A stretch of DNA of 64,000 bases from an uncultured Thermoleophilia bacterium (GTDB lineage: Bacteria; Actinomycetota; Thermoleophilia; UBA2241), in contig CAVQSP010000013.1 of NCBI GenBank assembly GCA_963715985.1, forward strand, positions 352,001 through 416,000, read 5' to 3'. The stretch's first letter is position 1. Each line of letters starts with the position of its first letter. This document shows positions 1 through 8,326 of this stretch, one piece after another. The notes beneath the pieces are model-generated. The model made no database searches. It was not told the origin of the DNA and was given only the letters and a program-made list of their open reading frames with translations. Both the position numbers and the translations under genes were made by a program.

Positions 1-984
1 GAGATCGGCGACTACCTCGCAGCTCATCCCGCCGTGGACATGGTCGCCTTCACCGGCTCCGTGGACGTGGGCAAGAACATCATGCGCAAGGGCGCGGACA
101 ACGTGAAGCGCGTCGGCCTCGAGCTCGGCGGCAAGAGCCCCAACATCGTGTTCGCCGACGCCGACTTCGAGGCTGCCATCGACGGCGCCCTGATCGGCAT
201 CTTCGCCGGGACCGGCGAGGTGTGCTCGGCCGGCTCCCGGCTGCTCGTGGAGCGGTCCATCCACGACCGCTTCGTCGGTGAGCTCGTGAGCCGCGCCATG
301 GCCATCAAGGTCGGTCCAGCGCTCGATGAGGAGAGCGAGATGGGGCCGCTGGTCTCGCGGCAGCAGCTCGACACGGTGGAACGGTACGTGAAGATCGGCC
401 TCGAGGAGGGCGCCACGCTGGCCACCGGGGGCCGCCGTCTCGAGGGCCCCGGGATCTTCTACGAGCCGACCATCTTCACCGGCGTGGACAACAGCATGCG
501 CATCGCGCAGGAGGAGATCTTCGGCCCCGTGCTGGTCGTGATCCCCTTCGACTCCGAGCAGGAGGCGATCGATATCGCCAACGACACCATCTACGGCCTC
601 GCCGGGGCGGTGTGGACCAAGGACGTCGCGCGGGCGATGCGCGTCGTCAAGGCGCTGCGCGCCGGCATCACCTGGGTGAACACCTATCACCCGACCTACA
701 GCGAGGCGCCCTGGGGAGGCTACAAGCAGAGCGGCGTCGGCCGCGAGCTGGGCACCTACGGGCTCGACGAGTACACGGAGGTCAAGCAGATCAACATCGA
801 CCTGACCGGCGTCCCGATGGGCGTGTACCCGCGCGGCAAGACCGGTGCCGAGACGGCCGCGCGGAAGGACGGCGGGCGCGGCACGGTGGTGCCGCTGAGT
901 GACCGCCGCCCGTTCCGCGGTGACGGGCAGGCCAAGCCCGAGAGCTGGGTGCAGTTCTGCGAGAACTGCCATCCGGGACAGTGA
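1..984 (+). CDS. Aldehyde dehydrogenase (betaine-aldehyde DH-like), 5'-partial
   Basis: FTGS, LELGGKSP, catalytic GEVCSAGSR, EEIFGPV, APWGGYKQSG motifs; frame open from base 1; C-terminal tail ends in CENCHPGQ. Confidence 0.93.
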   Translation, partial: EIGDYLAAHPAVDMVAFTGSVDVGKNIMRKGADNVKRVGLELGGKSPNIVFADADFEAAIDGALIGIFAGTGEVCSAGSRLLVERSIHDRFVGELVSRAMAIKVGPALDEESEMGPLVSRQQLDTVERYVKIGLEEGATLATGGRRLEGPGIFYEPTIFTGVDNSMRIAQEEIFGPVLVVIPFDSEQEAIDIANDTIYGLAGAVWTKDVARAMRVVKALRAGITWVNTYHPTYSEAPWGGYKQSGVGRELGTYGLDEYTEVKQINIDLTGVPMGVYPRGKTGAETAARKDGGRGTVVPLSDRRPFRGDGQAKPESWVQFCENCHPGQ

Positions 985-1134
985 CGGCGAGCGCGGCGTG
1001 GAGGCCGGACGGAGCCTCCGCGCCGCACCCCGACACCCTCGTCCGTTCGGGCCGGCGCCCGGACGGGTAGGGAGGGTCAAGATGCTGAGAGGCGCGTCAC
1101 AGCGCCGCAGGAGCCGGACGGGGAGGAGCCGACC

Positions 1135-2658
1135 ATGAGCACGACCGCGGAGCGGGCCGCCGGGATCACGGTGAGCGACATCATCGAGCCGGGCCTCGTG
1201 ATCCGCGGGCCGTTCGGTCACGGCGAGCCGCTCACGCTGCGGGCGCCGTGGGACGGGGCCGTGCTGGCGGAGGTGCCCACGGCGACGCTCGACGACATGG
1301 ACGTCGTGCTCGACCGGGCGCGGGCCGCCGCCGAAGGCTATCGCTGGACGGCGGCCTGGAAGCGCGCCCAGATCCTGGAGCGCGCCTCGCACCTCATCGA
1401 GGACAACGCGGAGCAGATCGCGCGTATCATCGCCGCCGAGGGAGGCAAGCCCCTCAAGGACGCGCGCGTGGAGGCCAAGCGTGGCGCCTCCACCTTCCGC
1501 TGGGCGAGCGAGGAGGCCAAGCGTACCGCCGGCGACCTCATCGAGATGGACGCCGACCCGAGCGGCGAGCACCGCTTCGGCTGGACCATCCGCGAGCCGC
1601 GCGGCGTGATCGCCGCCATCTCGCCCTTCAACTTCCCGCTCAACCTGGTGGCGCACAAGGTGGCGCCGGCGCTCGCCGGCGGCAACGCCGTGGTGCTCAA
1701 GCCGGCCTCCACCACGCCGCTCACCGCCCTGCGTCTGGCGGAGCTGCTGGCCGAGGCCGGCCTGCCCGACGGAGTCCTGCAGGTGGTGGTCGGCTCCGGC
1801 GCCACCATCGGCACGAAGATGGTCACCGACGAGCGCACCAACATGGTGAGCTTCACCGGCAGCCCCCCGGTAGGGCGGCAGATCGCCCGCGACGCCGGTA
1901 TGAAGATGGTCACGCTCGAGCTGGGCAACAACTCGGCCACCATCGTGGAGGACGACGCCAACCTGGACCTCGCGGTGCAGCGCGTGGTGGCCGGCGGCTT
2001 CGCCAACTCCGGCCAGATCTGCATCTCCGTGCAGCGCGTGGTCGTGCACAAGGCCGTGTACGACGAGTTCATGGCCATGCTGATCCCCGCCGTGCAGGCG
2101 CTGCGCGTGGGCGACCCGCTGGACCCCGACACCGACGTGGCCACGCTCATCAGCCAGTCCGAGGTCGACAGGGTCAAGGCGTGGATCGCCGAGGCCGTCG
2201 AACAGGGCGCCACCCTGGCCGCCGGCGGGGTACGCGAGGACGGGCGCCTGCTGCCCACCGTGCTCACCGACGTCACGCGCGAGATGAAGGTGTGCGCCAA
2301 CGAGGTCTTCGGCCCGGTGCTCAGCATCCTCAAAGCCCGCGACCTCTGCGAGGCGATCGACATCAGCAACGACAGCGAGATGGGTCTGCAGGCCGGCGTG
2401 TTCACCAACGACCTCAACAAGGCGCTCTACGCGGCCAAGCATCTGGAGGTGGGCGGCGTGATGATCAACGAGGTCCCCACCTTCCGCGTGGACCACATGC
2501 CGTACGGCGGAATAAAGGGTTCCGGCATCGGCAGAGAAGGAATAAAGTACGCACTAGCGGAAATGACTGAATTGAAGATGGTCGCTATCCGCGAGATGGA
2601 CTGGCAGACCGGCGGACCGCCTACCGACGCCTGCCTGCGCGAGCCGCTCGGGCCGTGA
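1135..2658 (+). CDS. Aldehyde dehydrogenase family protein
   Basis: PFNFPLNL, FTGS, LELGNNS, GQICISVQR, EVFGPV, MPYGGIKGSG; SD GGAGG upstream. Confidence 0.93.
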   Translation: MSTTAERAAGITVSDIIEPGLVIRGPFGHGEPLTLRAPWDGAVLAEVPTATLDDMDVVLDRARAAAEGYRWTAAWKRAQILERASHLIEDNAEQIARIIAAEGGKPLKDARVEAKRGASTFRWASEEAKRTAGDLIEMDADPSGEHRFGWTIREPRGVIAAISPFNFPLNLVAHKVAPALAGGNAVVLKPASTTPLTALRLAELLAEAGLPDGVLQVVVGSGATIGTKMVTDERTNMVSFTGSPPVGRQIARDAGMKMVTLELGNNSATIVEDDANLDLAVQRVVAGGFANSGQICISVQRVVVHKAVYDEFMAMLIPAVQALRVGDPLDPDTDVATLISQSEVDRVKAWIAEAVEQGATLAAGGVREDGRLLPTVLTDVTREMKVCANEVFGPVLSILKARDLCEAIDISNDSEMGLQAGVFTNDLNKALYAAKHLEVGGVMINEVPTFRVDHMPYGGIKGSGIGREGIKYALAEMTELKMVAIREMDWQTGGPPTDACLREPLGP

Positions 2659-2829
2659 GGCCAGAAGGGGCTCGGACGGGCAGGCGGCCGGGAGCGCCGG
2701 GGCTGAGAGAGCCCGGAGCGCGGCCGGGAGCCACGGCGAAAGGAGGTACGCGACATTGACTGACTTACGAGGTGCGGCGCGCTAGACGCCCCGCATGCGG
2801 TGCTATAGCTAGCGCGCCGCGCCAAGCTT

Positions 2830-2865
2830 GGGGCGGCGGGCCTTCGGGCCCGCCGCCCCTCTTCT
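2830..2865 (+). terminator. Intrinsic terminator-like hairpin
   Basis: GGGGCGGCGGGCC-TTCG-GGCCCGCCGCCCC followed by TCTTCT. Confidence 0.7.
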
Positions 2866-2914
2866 GCGTACGGGGTGGCTTTCTCACCGGAGGGCGGCGG
2901 CGGTACAATCGGCG

Positions 2915-3020
2915 GGCGCCTCCGAGCCCCGGAGGCCTACGGGCGCAGAGCCTATGGAGCCGGGGCCGGCAGGGTACAGCGGGAAACCGCCGTGTCTCCC
3001 AGTGCGGAAAGGAGGGCGCC
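2915..3020 (+). ncRNA. Moco-family riboswitch, P3-less (tungsten-cofactor type), copy 1
   Basis: CTCCGAG..CCTACGG..CCTATGG..CAGGGT..GCGG-GAAA-CCGC..TCTCCC..GGAAAGGAG matches Moco RNA consensus; -10 TACAAT at 2904-2909; SD GGAGG lies in the 3' strand of P1 just before GTG 3023. Confidence 0.85.
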
Positions 3021-3022
3021 GC

Positions 3023-4177
3023 GTGACCATCCGTACGTCCTTCGCTCCGGTGGCCTGCCTCGTCGCGCTCGCCATGCTGCTCGGTGTCGCTCCTGCGGCC
3101 CGGGCCGCGCATCGGGCTGTCTCCACGTACGGGGAGGGCACGGCAGCCGCGCCGTTCTCTCTGGTGCCGCCGGTGGATCAGGCGTTCTCCCTCGGGCCGC
3201 CGGCCGACCAGTCGATCAGCCTCGCGATCCCCGTGCAGGGGGAGCTGCCCTTCACGGCCGTCGCCACCTCCCGCCCCCTGGACATGGGCAAGCCCACGCA
3301 GGACAAGGAGTTCCTCAGCTTGACCTGGCTCGCCACCAAGCCGCGCGGGACCGTGCTGTTCGTCAGCTACAGCGTGGACGGCGGCGCCTGGCTGCCGGCC
3401 GTGGGGGGCGTCGGGTACGACATCCCCGAAGGCACGCACGGCCGCACCATCGCCTACAGGATCACGTTGACGACGGGCGATTCCTCGCAGACGCCGGTGG
3501 TCGAGGAGCTCGCGATCGAGTGGACGCGGTGGACGGGAAAGCCCACCGACCCGCCGCCGGGCGGCGGGGGCGGCACCAGCCATCAGCCCGGCGCCGACCA
3601 CAAGCCGGGCAGCGGCAGCTACACGTACCCCGACTCTGGCGGTGACTCGGCCTCCTCGGCGGGCGGCTCGGGCAGCAGCGGCACCTCGGGGACGAGCGGC
3701 GGCTACTCCGGTGGCGGTTCCGGTGGCGGCTCGGGGACGGGCGGTGGCTCGGGGTCCGGCGGCGGCTCCGGAGGGTCCGGGGCGGGTGTCGTGAACAGCA
3801 CGACGACGGACGTTCCGCCGCAGACCACCACTGCGCCGGCTGTGACCGTGCCTTCCCCGCCGGTGCTGTCGGCGCCGGTGGGCACCCCAGCAGCGGTGAG
3901 CGGCCTCCCCGTCAGCGGCGAAGACGGCCGTCATCGGGCGTCCCGCTGGAACCGTCCGGCGGTACCGCCGCCCTCGGTGGTGAGGCGCGGCCAGACCCCG
4001 GCCGCAGCCGCCGGCCACCGCGACTTCCCCGTGCTGCCGGTCACCGGGGTGGTCTCCGGCCTCGTCGTCGCGGTCTTCGTGCCGTGGATGCTCATGGCGG
4101 CGCGGCTGCGCCGCATCACCGGCGCCGACCTTGAGAACGCCCGCCTGCTCGGCCCGTTCTGGCCGCTCGGACACTGA
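3023..4177 (+). CDS. Exported, C-terminally anchored protein of unknown function (beta-rich domain plus Gly/Ser linker)
   Basis: Signal peptide ending AARA; Gly/Ser-rich tract ~3640-3790; hydrophobic C-terminal helix followed by RLRR. Confidence 0.7.
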   Translation: MTIRTSFAPVACLVALAMLLGVAPAARAAHRAVSTYGEGTAAAPFSLVPPVDQAFSLGPPADQSISLAIPVQGELPFTAVATSRPLDMGKPTQDKEFLSLTWLATKPRGTVLFVSYSVDGGAWLPAVGGVGYDIPEGTHGRTIAYRITLTTGDSSQTPVVEELAIEWTRWTGKPTDPPPGGGGGTSHQPGADHKPGSGSYTYPDSGGDSASSAGGSGSSGTSGTSGGYSGGGSGGGSGTGGGSGSGGGSGGSGAGVVNSTTTDVPPQTTTAPAVTVPSPPVLSAPVGTPAAVSGLPVSGEDGRHRASRWNRPAVPPPSVVRRGQTPAAAAGHRDFPVLPVTGVVSGLVVAVFVPWMLMAARLRRITGADLENARLLGPFWPLGH

Positions 4178-4195
4178 CCGCAGACTCGCCGTGCC

Positions 4196-4659
4196 TCAGA
4201 GCCCGGTCTTGATGTCCTCGCGCGCGGTGACGGTCATGGTTGCGGTGCCGGCGCGATCCTCGATCAGTCCCGGTGACCGTGACGAGCTGGCCGTCGTAGT
4301 AGGTGGCCGGGTCGGCCGGGAACTTCGCCAGCGCTTCTTTGGGGATGACGACCACGAAGCGGGACGGGTCGCTCTCCGGCCCGCCCACGTTGAGCACCAC
4401 GCCTCCGGCGCCGTCGTCGCCGGTGCTCGTGACGGGGCCCTGCACCGTCAGCTCCTCCCCCATGCGAGACGACGCCTCGCTCCAGCTGATCGGCCCGTTG
4501 GACTCGAGCGGGCCGGGCGTCACGGTCCCGGCGGGGACCACGCTGTCGGACGACGAGCAGGCGGCCAGGGACAGGGCGGCGAGCGCCACGGCGGCGATGC
4601 TGAGCGTGATGCGGGCGGCAGGCGCGCCCACGGCGTGCAGGCCCGGCAGGTGGTCTCAT
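4196..4659 (-). CDS. OB-fold lipoprotein (contains apparent frameshift(s))
   Basis: Lipobox LAAC; ISWSEA..GEELTVQGPV..VLNVG..YYDGQLVTVTG; continues after a 1-nt shift at ~4268 as LIEDRAGTATMTVTAREDIKTGL*; SD GAGAGG before ATG 4659, which is out of frame with the lipobox ORF (GTG 4631). Confidence 0.6.
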
Positions 4660-4670
4660 GTCGACCTCTC

Positions 4671-5829
4671 TCACTGGACTGCCGCTCCACCTCGTCGAGG
4701 GAGCAGCTGGATGGCGGTGGCCTTGATGGCGGCGTACACGCGCTGGCCGGCAGCCACGTCGAGCTCCTCGCAGGCGGCGCGCGTCAGCAGGGCGTCGATG
4801 CGGTGCGCACCCCACTGCAGGGCGACGATGCGCGAGCGGCCGGCAGGCCGAACGTCACGCACCGTGACCGCGAGCACGTTGCGCAGGCTGGTGCCGCGCG
4901 TGTCGGGCGGCGCGAGGAAGAGCATCACGTCGTCGGGGCGGATGCAGGCCACGGCCGGACCGGGCTCGGCGTCGGCACACACCAGGGTCGCGCCGTCGGC
5001 CAGGACGAGGCGCGTGCCTCCGCCCTCGTCGACCTCGACCGTGCCCTCGAGCCAGACGTCGACGCCGAGGTAGTCGGCCACCACCTGCGAGGCCGGGTTG
5101 TTGAAGACGTCGGTGGGGGCGCCCTCCTGCACCACGGCGCCCTCGGCGAGGAACGTGACCCGCTGCGCTACCGCCAGCGCCTCCTCGGTGTCGTGGGTCA
5201 CCCACAGCACCGCCGTGGAGAGTCTCTGGAAGATGACCTCGAGGTCGGCGAGCAGGCCGCGGCGGGTGGGCGGGTCCAGCGACGCCATCGGCTCGTCGAG
5301 AAAGACGACGGCGGGGTCGACGGCGAGGGCGCGCGCGATGCTCACGCGCTGGGCCTCCCCGCCGGAGAGGCCGGCGCGACGCCGGTCGGCGAGCTGCTCG
5401 ATGCCGAGCATCTCGAGGGCGGCGTCGCACCGCCGCTTGCAGCTCGTCGCCGCCCACGCCGCGGATGCGCAGCCCGCTCTCCACGTTGCCGCGCACCGTG
5501 GTCGCGAGCAGGTAGGCCTGCTGGAACACGGCGGAGGTGTGGCGGCGCAGGCGCAGCCGGTCGCCGCCGCTGCGCACCGGCGACCCGTCGAACACGAGCT
5601 CGCCGTCCGCCTTCTCGAGCCCGTTGAGGGCCCGCATCAGCGTCGTCTTGCCGGCGCCGTTGGGCCCGAGCAGCACGTGGACGTCGCCGCGGGACAGGGC
5701 GAAGCGGTCGACGTGGACGAGAGTGCGGCCGCCGCGGACCACGCTGAGGTCGCGCGCCTCGATGATGGCCCCGCCCGCACGCGGTGCCGCGACTCCGCCC
5801 GCGCTCAGGCCGTCGCCACCTGAGGTCAC
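4671..5829 (-). CDS. tupC: Tungstate ABC transporter ATPase with TOBE domain (frameshift ~5420-5440)
   Basis: Walker A GPNGAGKT in one frame; LSGGE signature, FLDEP and TOBE tail in the next; GTG overlaps the tupB stop. Confidence 0.85.
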
Positions 5830-6530
5830 GCGCGCGACCTCGCTCCGGCCTGCTGGATGAGCGTCATGGCGTAGTTCGTGGTGAACGAGAGGATCATGAG
5901 CACCACCGCCAGGGCGACCGCGGAGGCGAAGAGGCCCATGCTCACGTCGGTGACGATGCCGGTGGTGAGCACCTCCGTCTGCCCGATGATGTTGCCGCCC
6001 ACCATGAGCACGGCCCCGACCTCCGAGATCACCCCGCCGAAGGCCGCCATCACGGCGGCCATGAGCGGGACGCGGATCTCGCGCATGAGCAGGAGGAAGG
6101 TCCGCCAGCGGCCGGCGCCCAGCGCCATGATCTGCAGACGGAAGCCCGGGTCGAGCTGCTGCAGGGCGGCCAGGGAGAGGCCCGCCACGATCGGGAGTGC
6201 GATGAACACCTGCGCGATGATCATCGCCTGCAGCGTGTACATGAGGTGCAGGTCGCCGAGCGGGCCGGTGCGCCAGAGGAAGAGGGCGACGATGAGTCCG
6301 ACCACCACCGGCGGCACGCCCATGCCGGTGTTGATGACGGCCACCACGAAGCGGCGGCCGGGGAAGTGCGAGAGGGCGATGGCGGTGCCCATGGGCACCC
6401 CGACAACGAGTGAGACGGCCAGCGCGGCCGCCGAGACCTCGAGAGAGCGGAGGGCGATCTCGTAGGTCGTGGAGTCGCCGCTGAACAGCAGGCGGATGGC
6501 CTCCCACACGCCCTGGAGTATGAAGTGCAT
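5826..6530 (-). CDS. tupB: Tungstate ABC transporter permease
   Basis: NTGMGVPPVVVGL, SEVGAVLMVGGNI..T..LTT TupB motifs. Confidence 0.9.
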   Translation of the reverse strand: MHFILQGVWEAIRLLFSGDSTTYEIALRSLEVSAAALAVSLVVGVPMGTAIALSHFPGRRFVVAVINTGMGVPPVVVGLIVALFLWRTGPLGDLHLMYTLQAMIIAQVFIALPIVAGLSLAALQQLDPGFRLQIMALGAGRWRTFLLLMREIRVPLMAAVMAAFGGVISEVGAVLMVGGNIIGQTEVLTTGIVTDVSMGLFASAVALAVVLMILSFTTNYAMTLIQQAGARSRA

Positions 6531-6655
6531 GGCGGGTCCTCCCGAGGCGGAGCCTGCAGCGTCCGCAGGAGCTTACCAAACCGCCCCGCCGGGCCTTGGC
6601 CCGGCGGGGCGGTCGTCAGACACCCGGTAGGTGGTTCAGGCCGGGTGCGCCGTGC

Positions 6656-7603
6656 TCAGAACTGCGCGGAGATGGTGAACGCGTTGGGGTAGAACAGCGG
6701 CTGCTTGTACTGCAGCTTGCCGTAGTCCCCGATCGCCTTCTGCCCGTCATAGCTGACGAGGTAGGCGGCCATCCACTCGGCGGCCGTCGAGTTGACCTGC
6801 TCATGCATCTGCTGGTTGAGAAGCAGCACGGAGTACTGGTTCTTGAGGTCCTCCGTCTTGGTGAGGACCTTGACCAGCGGCGCAAGCGTGCTCTTGTTCT
6901 TCAGCCAGGTGGCCGTGTCGGTGAGGGTGTAGGCGCCCTTCTCGGCGGTCACCTGGAGGCAGGGCAGCATGCCGCCGGCGGCAGTGATGTACCAGGCGCC
7001 GGTCGGGGCGACGGCGGCCGACGGCGTCACGCCGGCGTCGTACCAGAGCTGCAGCTCCTTCTTGTTGGTGCCCGAGGCGTCGCCGCGGGAGACGAAGGCG
7101 ACCTTGCCGGCGGCCAGCTTGTCGCCGTACCTGGCGATGCGCTTGAAAGCGTCGCTGGCCGACTTGGCCTTGCCCACCTTCGCGGGGTCACCCTTGGGGC
7201 CGACGATGGTGAAGTAGTTGTAGCCCCACGGCATGCGGATGGTGGCCACACCGTCCGCGAGCAGCTGCTTCTCGTCGGCCGGCGAGTGCACGATGATCAC
7301 GTCGGCGAGACCGTCGCGCGCCGCCTGGATGGCCTGGCCGGAACCCGTGTAGATGGGGTTCACGGTGATGCCGGGGTGCAGTGCGTTGTAGGCCGGCAGC
7401 ACGACGTCCTGCATGAGGCCGGAGTCGCGCACGCTGGTGGTGCTGTAGAGAACGAGTTTGGTGTAGTCGGGCGCCGCCTTGCCGGCGGTGTGGCCGCTGC
7501 CGGCGGCGATGCTGGTGCCGACGAGCGCGGCCAGGGCGAGTGCGACGATGGCGAACACGAGCAGCGTGCGCCTGGCGATCCGCGAACCTGTTGAACCGGA
7601 CAT
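6656..7603 (-). CDS. tupA: Tungstate ABC transporter substrate-binding protein
   Basis: TTS..DSGL, GSGQA, VHSP, FVSRGDASGT, YTLTD.ATW TupA signatures; signal peptide. Confidence 0.92.
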   Translation of the reverse strand: MSGSTGSRIARRTLLVFAIVALALAALVGTSIAAGSGHTAGKAAPDYTKLVLYSTTSVRDSGLMQDVVLPAYNALHPGITVNPIYTGSGQAIQAARDGLADVIIVHSPADEKQLLADGVATIRMPWGYNYFTIVGPKGDPAKVGKAKSASDAFKRIARYGDKLAAGKVAFVSRGDASGTNKKELQLWYDAGVTPSAAVAPTGAWYITAAGGMLPCLQVTAEKGAYTLTDTATWLKNKSTLAPLVKVLTKTEDLKNQYSVLLLNQQMHEQVNSTAAEWMAAYLVSYDGQKAIGDYGKLQYKQPLFYPNAFTISAQF

Positions 7604-7746
7604 GGTGCCTCCTCAGGCGGGGGTCAGTGCCGCTTCGAACGCGGGAGCCCGGCGGTCGGTTCGCTTCGTGCCCCGGCGGCAGAGTGCTGCGGAGGTCGTC
7701 TGTCGCTCACGGGGGGAGAGTGGGGCACAGCCCGCAGCGCGGGCCC

Positions 7747-7847
7747 CTCTTCTTTCCACGATGGGAGACACGGCCGTTTCCAGCTGTACCCTGCCGGCGC
7801 GGGCTCCGTAGGCACACCGTGCCCGTAGGACTCCCGCACTCGAAGAG
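7747..7847 (-). ncRNA. Moco-family riboswitch (tungsten-cofactor type), copy 2, upstream of tupA
   Basis: Reverse strand CTCTTCGAG..CCTACGG..CCTACGG..CAGGGTACAGCTG-GAAA-CGGC..TCTCCC..GGAAAGAAGAG; compensatory changes versus copies 1 and 3. Confidence 0.85.
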
Positions 7848-7982
7848 ATTGGCAGACAGTAGACGAGCGGCCCGGCCGGGGTCAACCGGGCGAGTTCCAT
7901 TCTGGCTGGGCGCGCACTCCGATCCCCCGTTGTGCGCGCCAGCCTGTCCAATGCCCACAGGCCGACTTGGGACATGGCGACC

Positions 7983-8012
7983 TTGTGCGGCTGCGCACAT
8001 GACGAGTAGACT
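7983..8012 (+). promoter_or_regulatory. TGTG-N8-CACA palindrome (Rex/CRP-like) next to -10 TAGACT
   Basis: TTGTGCGGCTGCGCACAT at 7983-8000; TAGACT at 8007-8012. Confidence 0.45.
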
Positions 8013-8018
8013 GGGTCG

Positions 8019-8119
8019 GCTTCTCCGAGTCCCGGATGCCTAAGGGCTGCGGCCTATGGCGCCGGGACCGGAAGGGTACAGCGGGAAACCGCCGTGTCTC
8101 CCAGTGCGGAAAGGAGAGC
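8019..8119 (+). ncRNA. Moco-family riboswitch (tungsten-cofactor type), copy 3
   Basis: CTCCGAGTCCCGG..CCTAAGG..CCTATGG..CCGGGAC..AGGGTACAGCGGGAAACCGCCGTGTCTCCCAGTGCGGAAAGGAG; 3' half identical to copy 1. Confidence 0.87.
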
Positions 8120-8130
8120 GCGCTTCGCCG

Positions 8131-8158
8131 GGCCTTTCCGCGTGCGGAAGGGCCTTTT
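8131..8158 (+). terminator. Terminator serving as probable riboswitch expression platform
   Basis: GGCCTTTCCGC-GT-GCGGAAGGGCC followed by TTTT directly after aptamer copy 3. Confidence 0.65.
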
Positions 8159-8326
8159 CGTGTGCCTGCCGCCACGCGGAAGCGGCTGCTCGACGAGGAG
8201 CCGTGGCCGACGGGCCCGGCACCTCACGGCGAGGCTCCTTCGAGCCAGCCGCCCTGACGATACGGCGTCCTTCTTCCCCCTCGCCCGTGAAGCGCCGGAA
8301 AGGACACCACGGGGAGGAGTGGGACC

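Noticed and set aside
2828-3022. N-terminal extension of ORF 2828 and shared peptides such as GYSGKPPCLPVRKG in ORFs 2828 and 8056
   Set aside because: They are translations of the riboswitch sequence; the true start is GTG 3023
3640-3790. GGCGGCTCC-type tandem repeats
   Set aside because: Encode a Gly/Ser linker inside the CDS
2915-8119. The ~100-nt repeat as a MITE, REP or CRISPR repeat
   Set aside because: No terminal inverted repeats with target duplications and no spacers; always in 5' UTR orientation with covarying stems matching the Moco RNA
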